Made by a program: the position numbers and the translations under genes
Source of the DNA: Anthoceros angustus
Taxonomy: Eukaryota > Plantae > Anthocerotophyta
NCBI GenBank assembly: GCA_010909165.1
Contig: MU008171.1
Location: 620,001 to 684,000 of the forward strand
Direction of reading: 5' to 3'
DNA length: 64,000 bases
The notes under the pieces: generated by a model
What the model was told of the DNA's origin: nothing
The model's database searches: none
What the model saw: only the letters and a program-made list of their open reading frames with translations
Shown: positions 13,085 to 26,055 of the stretch, one piece after another
Numbering within the stretch: position 1 is the stretch's first letter
Layout of the letters: each line of letters opens with the position of its first letter

Positions 13085-16000
13085 ACTGCAGAGCGCCTCG
13101 ATGAGTAAGCCCAACTTCCCTCCGGGAAAGCAGACAACGGCAGCAGCAAGCAAGCAGAGCGCCAACACCTAGCGCAGGGAGGCGTACCCTGCCACCACGG
13201 TTGCACCATGTCACCGCATTCAAGCCCCCTCCCGGCCGTCTCCACCTGAATGACCTGCTCTTCCGACTCCACTGCGTCCCCAATGAAAAATCCGACAGCG
13301 ATAAGCTTAAACCCACAGCCACCACCAGGGCAGCCTCCTGCGACGGAAGGAGAGTCTAACACCTCCACCTGAATTCTACAGAAACCACTGCCCCGCCTCC
13401 CCCGACCCCCCCAACCTCCTGCCTGCGGATAGGAATCTAATAGATGAGGTGAAGCCAATTGGGCAGCGTCCTCCACACCATCATTCTCAGCCAGTGAGGC
13501 ATATATTTCACCACATATTCCTCTCCACCGGAATGAGAAGCAAAGCCCTGAGACTATGAGACATTGCTATCCATATATCGGCAGCTGCATCGACAAATAG
13601 CCAAATTCTGTAATCTGTGAGCTAAATATCAGCTAGGAGAGTCATCATTGGGAAATTCCAATTCCTGCCCTAGTTCCGCTGACCCCGTAATAGGAAGCTA
13701 ACATCCAGGCCCTGCGCTTCCCTGCCTGGCTTAAAGGCTGCCCCAAATCTCCCACAACCCGAACCCTAAGAGGAATTCAGAACGCCATTCGCACCGCTCA
13801 AGAAGCAGCGAGCAAGGCGCGGCCCTGCAGCATTCCGCACGGTATCTTTATTGCGGCGACAGAGCGGGAGCGGCGCAAGCTTGAGGCCGGGAGTCCCCCT
13901 ACACAACGTTCCCTGGGCTGCATGCGCCGGGCAGCGACAGGCCGGGCACAGGCTGGATGTAGCCAACCCTAGGAGCCCCGCGGGGCCTGTGGCAGCAGCA
14001 GTCGGGAAGCCAAGATGAGCTGCTTGGTCCGGCAGGCAGCCGGGAGGGAGCCTAGCCGGCCCGAAATTGGCAGCGCCCGCAAGATGGCACGCCGAGGTGC
14101 GCCTGCCAGGGCATGGCCCCCGGGTCTTGCAAGGCGCTTCAGGCTGTAATCACGCTCCCTGTAGAGATTCAGGCGCGCCAGGAGGTGGAGATTGCGGCAG
14201 GGCAGCGGCAGCGTCTTAGTCTGATACCACTTCCCCGTACAGGCCACCTTGCGTCACCTGCTTAACAGCTTCCCTGCGAAGCGCTGGCGCTCTCAGCTCA
14301 TCCCCGCCTCTGCCTCTATCGCAGCGCATGGAAAAAGGTAGCTTCACTGGAGCGGAACTGTATAAAACAGCAAGGAGCGCCTCTCTCTACCCAACACATG
14401 TGCCCTACCTGCCCTACTCCCTACTCTCGTCTAGGCCCTAGGGTAAGTTAAGTACCGGCTAGGCCACACCGCCCTGATCTTTAGATCAGGGACACCCTTC
14501 ATCATACTTCCCCCGTTATCCGTTATCCCACTCGTTAACAACACACAAAGCATCTAACTAATGCAAGCGCCAACTCTAAAATTGGCAGATTCCTTCCACG
14601 TCATACTCCACCTAGTATTACTTAGCTACATATTATTCATATCTATACAAAGCCTTAAATTATCATTTTGGTTTTATCAAGAATAATAAAAGTGCTTATC
14701 GATTGTGCAATGATATTTTACGATATGATATGAATATAAGAAGATCTATTAACTATTACATTAAATATTTTAAAAATTGAATTATAAATTAAAGAAAGAG
14801 AGTATTTGAGTTATTGACAAACGATGGGAAAAGCCCATCCAGGAGGGGACAACCAGAGGGGACCAGGGGGTCGAGGTGGAGAGGAGCAACTGCGCTGTCT
14901 AGGTTGTGATTGTTTGTATGATCTTCTTCACGAGTAGGCTTGTCAATTTGATTATCTTTAAACAAGTGTTTAAACAAATATATCTTCCATATTCAAGGTT
15001 CTGAAACTATTCTAAAATTGAGATTGGTTTAAGATTCTTTTGGGAACACATGTGCATATGCTCGCAAACGCATGGTTACCGCGAATCTCCATGTAGTCCA
15101 CTGCTGTCTAATAATGACTCACGGATCAACCTTTTCACAATGACACTCTCATGTTTCATACGTAGTAGAGTCAAATGTTGAAATATGATCTGGTTCTCCT
15201 CCAAGCTAGCTCTTTTCCAAAATGGCTTTCTGAATAATGCCTTATGTCATTTCCTGAATAACGTTTGGTTGATTATCAAAATCATGTCAAACAGAAAGCT
15301 CGCTTGCACTGTGGTGGCGAAATCTCCAAGCTGGATGAGTCACTTTATAGACCATCGAGTGCACGACGTTCCATAGACCACAACTGGCATTTCCTCAAAA
15401 TTATGCCCTTCTTGCTACTGAAACTAGAAATGGACGCATTGGCGAGTCTCTCCTTTCATTCCCGACTTTCTCAGTAGCCAGCATTTGGTCCCATGCCTCT
15501 CTCGAAGAAAAGACTGCCTTGACTCCGCCAAGCTTTGGTGCATCTTGTCCATGATACTAGGAGTTCATTGCTCCCCTAGTTGCGTAACAAGAATGGAATC
15601 GGACACGTCTTTCATGTGGAGTTCATACCCGCGCGCTTGCACATCCAATCATGACGAGATATGCTGTCCGTAAAAGAGATGCCGCAGACCTGTCCATTTT
15701 CTGCAACCAGTCCAAATCTCTGTCATACCAAATGTTCATCTTGTAGATGCACACCTATCAGCATAAATGCACATGAAGCAATTAATCCTAAGAAGAGAAG
15801 TATGTGTCATGATCTTGACTTCAGGCCCAAGAAGTACAAGGAAGTTGACATACATGGGCAAAAAAAACAAGCCTTTTGGGTGGAATCCAAGCTGACTCTA
15901 TGGGCCTCTCAAGCAGGGAGGGGTCTGGAGGGTACTACAGCTTCAGGCAGTGATGCTAACATGTATTGAGAGGGCATTGAGGGTGAGAAGTGGGACAACT

Positions 16001-16157
16001 CGAGGGATGGGCCCATGGACCTACGTCTACAGAAAAGGTGGGGTCTGAAGATCTCCCTCTTCTACCGTGTGCTGGAGAGATGCATGCTTGGCAGGGCGAG
16101 TTCATGCTCTTAGTTTGAGAGGCAGGTATGGCCTGTGGTCAGACTCGTTTTGGGGCA

Positions 16158-16330
16158 ACCACATTATTATCTATATGTATGCATGCTTCCCATGGGAGAT
16201 TGGGCGAAGCAGAGGATACGTTTAGCAAGGTGGCTTCTCCCAGTACCTTTATGTGTGGGCTTCTGTTATCAAGGCTCATGTTGAGCATGGACAAGCTTTG
16301 CAGGGTATCGAGTTTTATAGACAGATGCGT
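16158..16330 (+). pseudogene. PLS-class pentatricopeptide repeat (PPR) fragment
   Basis: TTLLS(M)HASHGRLGEAEDTFSKVASPSTFM(W)ASVIKAHVEHGQALQGIEFYRQMR with frameshifts; typical L-S/P PPR motif. Confidence 0.7.
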
Positions 16331-17948
16331 GAGTGTGTTGCTTGGCGCTCATCTAAGCCTGTGAGAGTGATACATATATCGTCTTTATCGTCTAGATATG
16401 CGTGAGTGGCCATGTAGCTTGGCGCTCATCTAAGCTTGTGTTATTTAAGCTCCATTGTACTTGAGGGCCTTAGCCCACTTCATTTACCTTAGTCACATGC
16501 TTGTGTGATCACTTGCAAGCTTTTACAGACCAAACCATTACTCTACTTGCTGATCCACTTCACTACCGATGAAGTCAGGCCCGTGTGTGTCGCTAATAAG
16601 TATTATCGTTAGTCATATTATTTTTGCGCACATGGTGCTAAGTGTATACATAAGGGTTCTAATACCTTCACATGCACATATATAGATACCGTCCACCCTG
16701 TCTCCCTTGTTGTTTTGGTAAGAGTGTTGATTCAATCCTGTGGTGTTGCTTTGACTATGTGGAGATCAGAGCCCTCAAGATAAAAAGAGTTCTAGAGCCT
16801 TAACAAACAGAATATAGCACCATATAGCACCAGTGAGCACAAGTGTTCCCATAAATGTATCATTCATCATTGAGGTGCTTAGAAGCACTCATCGTATTCC
16901 TGCAATGCCACTTCTATTTGCAGGCCAGCTTACATCAGCCAAAAGTAATAACCTAAGCCTACTACTGCAGCATGCTTCGCTTCTCTATGTTCCATTTGCT
17001 CACTGTGGGGCCGGGCTTGGATGACTTAGATCTACGCCTTGAATGTGACTAGGCTCTTTCATGACACCAGTCAAGGATTTGTGCATTGTGTGCTTTCTCA
17101 CCGTGGCTTCGGAGAAGCGAGCTCAGTACCGAAGGTTAGAGCCACCGCTAGCATGGGATGAGGACACCATGGCTGTGGCAACAAATGCCAGAGAGAATAA
17201 GGTAGCTGAGGAAGTAGTTGGAGGAAAAGCCACAAAAGAAGCCAATAAGGAGAATGCTCAGATGCATATGGAGGATTATCGTACTATGACGACGCTCTAC
17301 ACAATGCAGTATCGTCCTCACAGTCTCTGGTAATTCCAAGGAGTTTCTTTTGGTGTGCGGAAGAGTAGAGAAGGACACGGATTGCAGTCTCAGCTTCCGG
17401 GCGCATGATGGGCTTGAAATCCTTAGCCTTCATCACCTTCTTAGTTAGCCGTGAGACGAAGCAGATGACACATAAATCATAGTCAGGGTCCCTATGTACA
17501 CCAACAGCAGACACATGCAGCTACATGAGCTTGAATAGCCAGAGAGAGAGCAAACGTGACACTTGGACTCAGGTGCAGTGATGGTGAACAACACTTACTC
17601 GGATTTGTAGACAGAACTACATATGGGGAACACCTGGCACTCATTTCAAGAGACTGACTCTAAAGTGGAACATCGATTGATGATTCCTGGAAATGGACTT
17701 CATGAGGGTGTGCTCCAACAGATGAAATGAGTTGGCGTCCTCTGCCTTTGGTTCCCTTGAGCTCATGGCTTCAGAGAAGCAACACGAGCAGAGATTGAAG
17801 TCTTGCTTCCTGCATCATGCCATAGCTGAATTGATATGTGTGGATCGTAGGCTCTCCCCCTTAGAAAGGTAATAAGCTAGTTTTTTTTGTTTTTTTTTGG
17901 TGTGGAGTGAGAAATAAGACGGGAAATAAGGCCAGGATGGGTAAGAAG

Positions 17949-18102
17949 GGGACTCCGGACCGCACTCCGGAGTAGATAGGGTGACTCCGGACCGCGCTCC
18001 GGAGTAGACCTGGGACTCCGGACCACACTCCGGAGTGGCCGGAGCGGCTACGGACTGCACTCCAGGGTAGACCGCGGGGAGTCCGGACTGCACTCCAGAG
18101 TA
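17949..18102. repeat. ~32-bp GC-rich tandem repeat (GACTCCGGACCGCACTCCGGAGTAG core), 4-5 copies
   Basis: Units start at about 17950, 17982 and 18013, with degenerate copies to about 18100. Confidence 0.85.
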
Positions 18103-18526
18103 GGTCGCGATAAGTACGCCAGGAAGGGTAACTTTGGAACGGGGAGCGTATTTTGGCAAGGGGGGACACGTGGACGGTGCTAAGAGGGGGACAGGCATGC
18201 AGCGGACCAGGACCGTAGGGTTGCCAGTGGCCGTTATGGGCAGGTAACCACGCTCGGGGTACATGCGCCAGAGTAAGGCTAGAGTACGCGAGTGGCGGCG
18301 GCAGCGTAAAGCTAGAGTAAGCAATGCAGGACTCGGCGGGCAGCGGGACGCCCCGCTTGCATTCTCGCCCGCCCCGAACGAAGGTCATTCTCTCGGCGGC
18401 TTGGCGCTTTTGAGTCATCGTTTTTCGAGCGCGAGCACAACTTCTGGCCCTCTTCGCGACCGGGCGGAGGCGGAGGCGGAGGAAAAAGGAGAAGCTGATC
18501 CTTAAGCCACAACATCAGTCCGAGAG

Positions 18527-21432
18527 GTGCACAGCTATGGGGCCCAAGAAGGCGGCGGCGGTCTGGGAGCCGTGGCGCCTGGTGGAGAAGAACATTGTCA
18601 CCAAACGCTACGGTTGGACCACAGGTGGCGGAGGCGGAGGTGGAAGGCAGCACTGGACATCTTCGGTGATTGGACTTTCGGCAGTCGCCGAGTCAGAATC
18701 GCCGGGAAGATGTTGGCGGTGGCCAACAAAGAGGTCCACTTCAAGAGTCTGAGGGAGGACCCCAAGAGATGGACCGTAGAGGTCCTGAGGGCGGGTTACA
18801 ACCGCCCAGTGGAGGAAGTTGGGGGCGTAGTCCCGGAGCCCCTTAAGGTGAAGGGGAAGGTGGAAGCGGCAAGGGCGGCGCTCTTGAGGCCGGGGACGCA
18901 GCGGTCCTCAAACGGGTGGTTGATGTCGGACCTGCTAGACAGGCGGGTGAGGGTGGTGGCAAAGATCATCGTCCATTGGAACATGCTCACCAAGGTGGAC
19001 CACCAAGGTGACAACTCGCTGGTATTCCTCCACGCCCTACAGAGAGAAAAGAGGGCCGACTAGGGAAGAATCATCTTCGCTTGGATCAACCAGGAGGCCA
19101 GGAAGCTGCGCAGTGAGAAGCCGCCCCCGTCGGCGTCATCGCCGTTCCTCATTCATGTGTGGGGGCACCTTAAACTCCTGAAGGAAGGAGAGGAGGAGCG
19201 GGCGCTTCGGAAGGGGTTGGTGGCCCTGCCCGAGGCGGAGCGCGAAGGGAGAGTACCGGAGGCGGAGGGCCGCCCTCCCAAGACCAGGCGAGTCCTGGAA
19301 GAAGAGGATTGGGAGGGAATTCCGGATTCCATACGACTAGAACGGACCCCTCGCCACCCCGAGAAGTATGGGAAGAAATTCCCGCTTCCCTCCTCTTAGT
19401 CCCTCCACCGGAGCACCTTACGCCGGAGGAGATTGTAACAGGAAGGGAGTTGGTGGTCGCGGCACCAGCAAGCCAGCAACCCACAACGGCCCCAGCCACC
19501 GAACCCCGCCGGACTAGGTGGGAGATAAAGAGGAGGAAGACGGCCTCCACCAATGCACCGGACCGCGCGGTCCCTGCCTTGCCACGGAGTGGCGAGGCGA
19601 AGGAGGCCGTGGGAGGCGGAGAGGATGCGGCCAGGCGGGGAGGACAGCGGCAACCCCACCCCGAGCCTGCTCTCACCACGAGGGGCAAGCGAGCCAGCTC
19701 CCGGACCCCCTCACCACCTCCGAACCCCAAGAGAAGGCGGGCGGAGAAGGAGTTAGCGGCCAAGAGGGCCAAGGAGGTGGAAGCTCCGGACCAGAACACT
19801 CAAGACCTGAGGGTCCTGATTGGGTCCGGAGTCCCTAGTCCGGCCTCCCTCCGGACTGCGGTGTGGCGGTCCTTAACGGACCGGGCGGTACCCGAGCCCG
19901 CGGCGGACTTCACGGGAATCTCCCCAGCGGCGGTTGTAGAAGAGACCAGGAGGGTGCTCGCAGCCGTCATGGACGGAGTACTCTGGGGTCTCTGCGGAAC
20001 GGCAGAGAAGACCCAGGAGGTGGAGGCCACCAGAAGACGGATGGTGGAGCTCCAGGGCCAGGCGGAGGCAGCCCAGGCGGCCAAGAGGAAAGCGGAAACC
20101 CTCGCGAAAGTTGAGGAGGAGAAGCACCGGGCGGTGGAGTCGGAGGCAAGGTCCGCCCAACAAGACCGGGCCAGGGTCCTTCAGCTGTGTGAACAGCTGA
20201 AGCAAGCGCAGGAGGCACAAGCAAAGGTAGAGGACCTTTGCAGACGGAGAGAAGTGGCCCAAGAAGAGGCGGAGGAGGCCCGAAGGCAGGCAGAAAGGGC
20301 CAAGGACCTGGCCGAGGCGGCTCGGCAGGAACAGCACCAAGCCTGGGAGGCCCAGGTGAAGGGGGCGCGGGAGGCCGAGGCCCTGGCAAAGACGGACACG
20401 GACCACTACCGGCGGGATCGGAATTGGTGGAGGGAGGCGGCGGGAGTAGCCGCAGCCAACCAGAAGGTCGAGCAGGCGGCGGCGGAGCAAGCACAGGCAA
20501 GCCATGAAGAAGAGAGGGAGGCCAGCACCAGGGAGATGGAGGATCTCCGGGCGCATCTCCAAGGGACGGAGGAGCGGCGTCAGTTACGGAGGATCGCAGG
20601 AGACCTCGGAGCTCTGACTCCAGGAAGCAGTGGAACGAAATGGAATTCTCCAAGGAGAATCATGGACCCTGGCCGAGATAGAGCGACTCAGGCTGTTGGA
20701 GGCGGAGGAGAGTCGATGGCAGTAAGGAGCAGGACATCGCGAACCAGAGAAGGACTTGGAGGAAGCCACGGGCGGGCGGAGTTCTTGACCGCCTGGAAAG
20801 GAGATGGCGGCCCTCCAGGCAAGGATGGATGGCGGAGAGGGCTCAGAGAGGGAGGCCACGAGGAGATGGAGGATCTCCGGCGCATCTCCAAGGGACGGAG
20901 GCGGCGTGAGTTACGGAGGATCGCAAGGAGACCTCGGAGCTCTGACTCCGGAAGCAGTGGAACGAAATGGAATTCTCCAAGGAGAATCATGGACCACGGC
21001 CCGAGATAGAGCGACTCAGCTACATTGGAGGCGGAGGAGAGTCGATGTAAGGAGGCGAGGACATCGCGAACTAGAGAAGGACTTGGAGGAAGCCACGGGC
21101 GGAGTTCTTGGACCGCACTGGAAAGGAGATGGCGGCCCTCCGAGGCAAGGATGGATGGCGAGAGGGCTCAGAGGAGGGCTGGTCCGGTTGCGGAAGCGAA
21201 AGCGTCGTGCCATGGCGATGTTGGCCGAACCACACTTCTGACGGCGGAGGAGGAGCAAGCGGAGGCGGCCGGCGAGGGAAGTGGCGGAGATAGCCTTGGC
21301 GGCCTTGAGAGACTCACGAGACTTCAAGCTGGCGTTCCAGGTCCGGTGGCGGCACTATCGGTGCCTTCGTCGCCCTCCCTCGATCCTTCCGGTCCTTCAA
21401 TGCGGGGTGAGACAGGACCTCCAGTGCCTTGA
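18527..21432 (+). pseudogene. GC-rich transposon-associated ORF (N-terminal globular region, Pro/Arg-rich linker, long E/A/R/Q coiled coil), frameshifted
   Basis: Overlapping ORFs 18537, 18527, 19157 and 19309 form MGPKKAAAVWEPW...KRAD*GRIIFAWINQEARKL...coiled coil. It resembles accessory ORFs of plant Gypsy elements (inference); no gag/pol motifs were seen. Confidence 0.5.
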
Positions 21433-21548
21433 GGAGCTCTGAATGGTAGTAGGCGAAGTCTGAGTCGACTTGTTGAATGGCCTCCTCCACATGAGACCGG
21501 AGTACCCGGTACTCCCTCCTCTAGAGATGCTCCGGTAGTTGGGCGTGC

Positions 21549-23811
21549 AACATCATAATTTTTGAAGGGGGTGAATAATCTCGAAGGGGGTTTTCTGTAA
21601 ATAATCTCTGAAGGGGGTTTTTGATGGGCCCTAAAACAGCGTTTTTAAGGCATTCCGGAAAACATCTCCGAAAAAGGTGTCACCCACTAAAGTTCCTACT
21701 TTCCATCCAAAGAATGTTTGTGTCGAATGGTGGTTGCAAACTCGAACCTAGGGAATGATGCAAAGTAGGAACGGTGAGGAAGGCCGTTCTGGGAAGGCAT
21801 GTAAACTTCGATTTTGGGATGGAAATGTGGTTTTGTTATGACACCACAAAAGCCACGGACGGTATTTCCTAACACGAAACATTTGGAACCGGACTTACAA
21901 CATTAACTGGGACCCGGGAAAAAGCGAGATTTCATTTCACTCATCCCGAGTTCAATCCATCGTCATCACTTGGTCCGACTTCTCCTTGTCATCACTATCT
22001 TGACACTTTGACTTTCATGTTGTATGAAGCCACGCAACTCATGAGCTTATCCCTTATCGCTTTTTGTCCACCGCATACATGTTTCCGTCGTTCAACACAA
22101 ACCCATGTCTGGGATGGTATTTCATTCACTTACCTCCTGTATGTTTTTGGGTAATGGACCTTATTCCCTTTTTCCTCGGCATTGGACGGATGGGTTACCA
22201 CTCTGGCGGACTATGTATTCCACATATCTCCTTCGCATCTGTGCTCGGTCCGATACGGTGGATAAGAAAGTGAGGTCGTGGTGCATCTAGCTTCACGTCA
22301 ATGACCTCCCAATCCGAATGGCACATTATGTGTCCGTATTGCAGCCTTCGGAAAACATCCCTCTCGGTTTTTATGTCCCCATTCATCCGCCATTTCCACG
22401 TTGCCTTCCGCATTTTGATATGCCCCAAGTACATATCACGTGGGAGGTCCCTCAATAATGCCTCATCTAGCAAAGCTTCATCGGCACTTGAAGTGGTCTA
22501 TGATCCACGCGTGAAAACCACTTCCAAGAATGACTAGCACTAGCCCAATGTTATTCTCCACAATGATAGCAATCTCCTTCGGTCCACCCAAAAGGCTTCC
22601 CACCACTTGTACTCTTCAAGTCACCTATGGGCGCAAATCTTTTAACCCTTCACCAAATGGGCCACACCTTCCATCGGTGATAGGATACTGCCGTTCCTTC
22701 TTGTCCCCCCTAGCTTCACCCGTATGCACCGTAGGATGGTGCTAAGGGAGGCGCCGGCCGGCGCCTCCCCACATGGTCTCTCATGGGCGTAGGCGCCTCC
22801 CCTAACACCACGCCCATGGGCGCCGGTGGTCCTCCCCACCATGGGCCGGCCGGCCCCTAGCACACCGCCCATGGCGCGGCCGGCCCCCCCCACCGCCATG
22901 CCTTGCCCATGGGCCGTGCCCCCCCCCCCACCGCCATGCCTTGCCCATGGGCGCCGGCCGGCGCCTCCCCCACCGCCCATGGGCTCCTCATCATCTTCAA
23001 GAAAATATATATTTAGCGCCTCAATAATGCAACTTGGGATTGTTGGTCAAGTGTTTGGGAAATAAGTGTAATGAATAGGTTTTGTGTTCAAACCCGTATC
23101 TAACAACTCAATTTTGTTGATTTTAAGGATGCTTGCATGGGCGCATGGGCAACTAACTTTGTTCATTTAAGGACGTTGGCATTGCCTTAAAGCCCAAGTG
23201 GTTGCATTGAGTGCGGAAGGTTGAAGACCACATTGGCGACCTTTTGGATGAGGTCGTGAGACCTAGATCTTTGTGGCGATCGACACGTCGACGGGCCCAA
23301 GAATGATACTATTGAAGGCGAGCAAGCAATGGAGGAGAGCGACAACGAGGCGGAGGATATGGACCGCCTCGAATATGGCGGTGGTACTTGACTCGGTTTG
23401 GCGCAAGGCATGGATGAGTCGCCGCACTCTTGAATGACTATTGTCGATGATGACCACTTCCTCCTTTAGCGATTGTTTGTTGCAATGTTCTCACGACCAT
23501 TGAAATAAGACTCCGCTAGTATGATTGTTTTCATTGTGTTCCACCACTTGAAAGTAAAAGTTTTCGGTTGTAATAAACATATGAAAATGGCAGCCTCTAT
23601 GCATTCTACAAAAGCAGCGGGCCCACACCCCTGTGCTCCAGGTTCTCGGTGTAGACTTGAAAGTGCATCTTTTATCAAAGATATGACCTCGGAAAGGGTG
23701 TGTGCATTATCAAAGTAGGGCACATATCTTTGTTCTAGGAAAGGTGTTCTTCGTGACAAGGGGTGTTGTCTCGAGAGAATTCTTGTATTCCCCCTTTAAA
23801 ATTATCGTGTT
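21549..23811 (+). mobile_element. Non-autonomous TIR element related to the 31172-43109 transposon (copy 1)
   Basis: Termini AACATCATAATTTTTGAAGGGGGTGAATA and TATTCCCCCTTTAAAATTATCGTGTT. Contains decayed transposase 3' sequence (22000-22650, homologous to 41550-42200), a GC minisatellite, and the MTase-gene 3' tail (23190-23460, homologous to 31560-31830). TSD imperfect (GTGC/GTCT). Confidence 0.85.
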
Positions 23812-25869
23812 GTCTTTGGTTGGCTGGGGCGTCTTCGCCCAGGTGAGGCCAGGACCCAGTCCTGGGACTCGGGAAGCAAAGGGACCCAGGACGGACCTCG
23901 GTCCGGTCTCGACTCGGTCCGACCTCAAGGTCGATCTCATGACTCCCAGGACATCCCCACCAGGCATTCCCGGTCCGTCTTCGCCCACCGGACCCCCTGC
24001 CTGTCTTAGGTCCCCACAGGCTTCTCCGTCTCTGACCCCCTCGGGGCCCTCCTCTCTTGAGGCGGCCCGCATCGCTGGATCATCCGATTAGCGCGCCGAG
24101 CTATCGAGGACTAGGGATTGGGCCACCCGGTATCGGAATCATGGGCACTCCCAGCCCCACCGCCGTCGACGTAGATAGGCCGGCTAAGGGGAATAGTGGG
24201 CGGGAGGCTAGGCACTGCTTGGTGGACATCGGCTCGAATAGGAATGTAATAAAGAGCCTTGGGGCATAGTATAACGAGGCGGGCTCTAGTAAAAGCATCT
24301 TTCTTTTGGGGTGGATACGCGTTCTCTTGTAGACCCTTGTGTGTCCCCTTAACTGAGTCGAGTTCTTGGCGGGCAAGAGCAGCCGGAGAGGAGTCAAGGT
24401 CACAGTGACGGACCCTAACGTGTGGTGGTGTGTGCAGGGGCGAACGACCAGAGACCCTTGCTCTTCTAGAGCAGGTGGCCGACGTTGGACGGATCAGAAC
24501 GCGTGAGACCTGTGGAACTCCGGGAGGGCGTGTCGAGCCCGGACGGAGAGGCCTGGTGGAACGGCGACGGAGGTCCGGACCACGCAACCCACCCACTCTT
24601 TCCCCAACTGGTGAGGAGCGTAGTGAGCGTGTAAGGGAGACGGACTAGACGAAGCATAGGACGGACTGGTAGGTGAAACATTTGGCCATGCCGGGCCTGT
24701 TCGGCAGACGCTTAAGAGTAATTAGAAGTGAAACCGAGCGCGTTGAGATTCCGGATCGAAACGACCGCAGCAACGAGGCGAGAACGGACCCCTTACTACA
24801 ACGACATGGGATTGTGCGTGCCCGGCTGGTCATCAGCGAAAGTCGCGCCACAATATGCACCCACATACATGGGTCAGCTGCGCATGTATCCGATGACTTG
24901 CTGCGCATGGCGCATCAAGTCATCGGGGCCGCAAAGTCCCTCCTCTTCCTAACCAGAAAAAAAAAAACCATACCATGGCAAAGTCGAGGACTCACAACTT
25001 ATGCTGGTAGCGAGGACTTGTGATCAGCGAGACTGCGCACGGGTTGCAGCCAATGCAGTGGATATGATAGGGACGACTTGCCCTCCTGCCAAGTTTATAC
25101 ACCAGGTCCTCCTCCGGTTCCTCGCTATAGCATTTGGAGCACACCCCGTAGTAGTAATGCCTAGAATGGGACACCGGGTGCCGCAATGGGTACCGCAAAG
25201 CCTTCAGCAACCAATGGGTCAAGGTCGGGGTGGGACGGTAGATGGGAGCCTGGCCACCCCAGCCTAATAATCGGCTGACCCAGCCGGTGATACCGGTGAA
25301 AGATGCCCTCGTTTCATTCCCTTCAGTGTTGGCATTTGCTCCGAAGGTTCTACCAATCCCTCTGCTGGTACCGCAAATTCTGATTACAACCTTCCAGCTG
25401 CTGTGTAAAATTTTTCGTTTCGGATTAGGAGTTGTAAAGTAGCTGCATTAGAAAGGATGAGTTCAAGTGAGTAATGGTAGAAGCTCTCAAATGTAGGTCT
25501 TCAAGTGTTGGAATAAAATTCTGGGTCCCCTACATATGGATCTGGGCACATTAGTGTTTCATGCATTAGAATATCTCATGAAAGCACTTTTCAAACTTTT
25601 GAGGGCGCTTTAGTCTGGTGATCCGTTGCCTCTGCAAAATCTGCCAGAGCTAAATATGCTAGACAATACCTAGAACAAAAGGCCAAAAGCCTAAAATGCA
25701 AAGGCCTAAAAGAGACTATAAATTGAAGGGGCAAAGAATTATTAATGCTTCTTGCAGCTTCATGTAGGATGCTTCGTCCGGTCCCCTCTCGGATGTCCGA
25801 AAGCCCAACAGCGTGACCTATTGCGATATTTGGGACACAGGCATCTGAGATCATAACATTACTAGACCT

Positions 25870-26055
25870 ATAGCGAGCTATCGCACGAGATAAGCACTTG
25901 AATTCATATAAGCACTTCCTTAACAAACAACTAAGCCAAACAAGTCTAATGTGCAAGTATAGGTGCAAATCAATAACAATAGGAGAGAGTAGCTCGCACA
26001 TTGTGGCACAAACACATTCTCACTACGAGAACAACAAACAAGGTCTCCTAAGAAG
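25870..26055 (-). repeat. Fragment homologous to the LTR-like sequence at 46260-46430
   Basis: Reverse complement GTTGTTCTCGTAGTGAGAATGTGTTTGTGCCAC...GGAAGTGCTTATATGAATTCAAGTGCTTATCTCGTGCGA aligns to 46268-46418. Confidence 0.8.

Noticed and set aside
13740-14330. GC-rich minus-strand ORFs upstream of the MSRC-family gene
   Set aside because: Stops or shifts in all frames and no recognisable motif; left unassigned.
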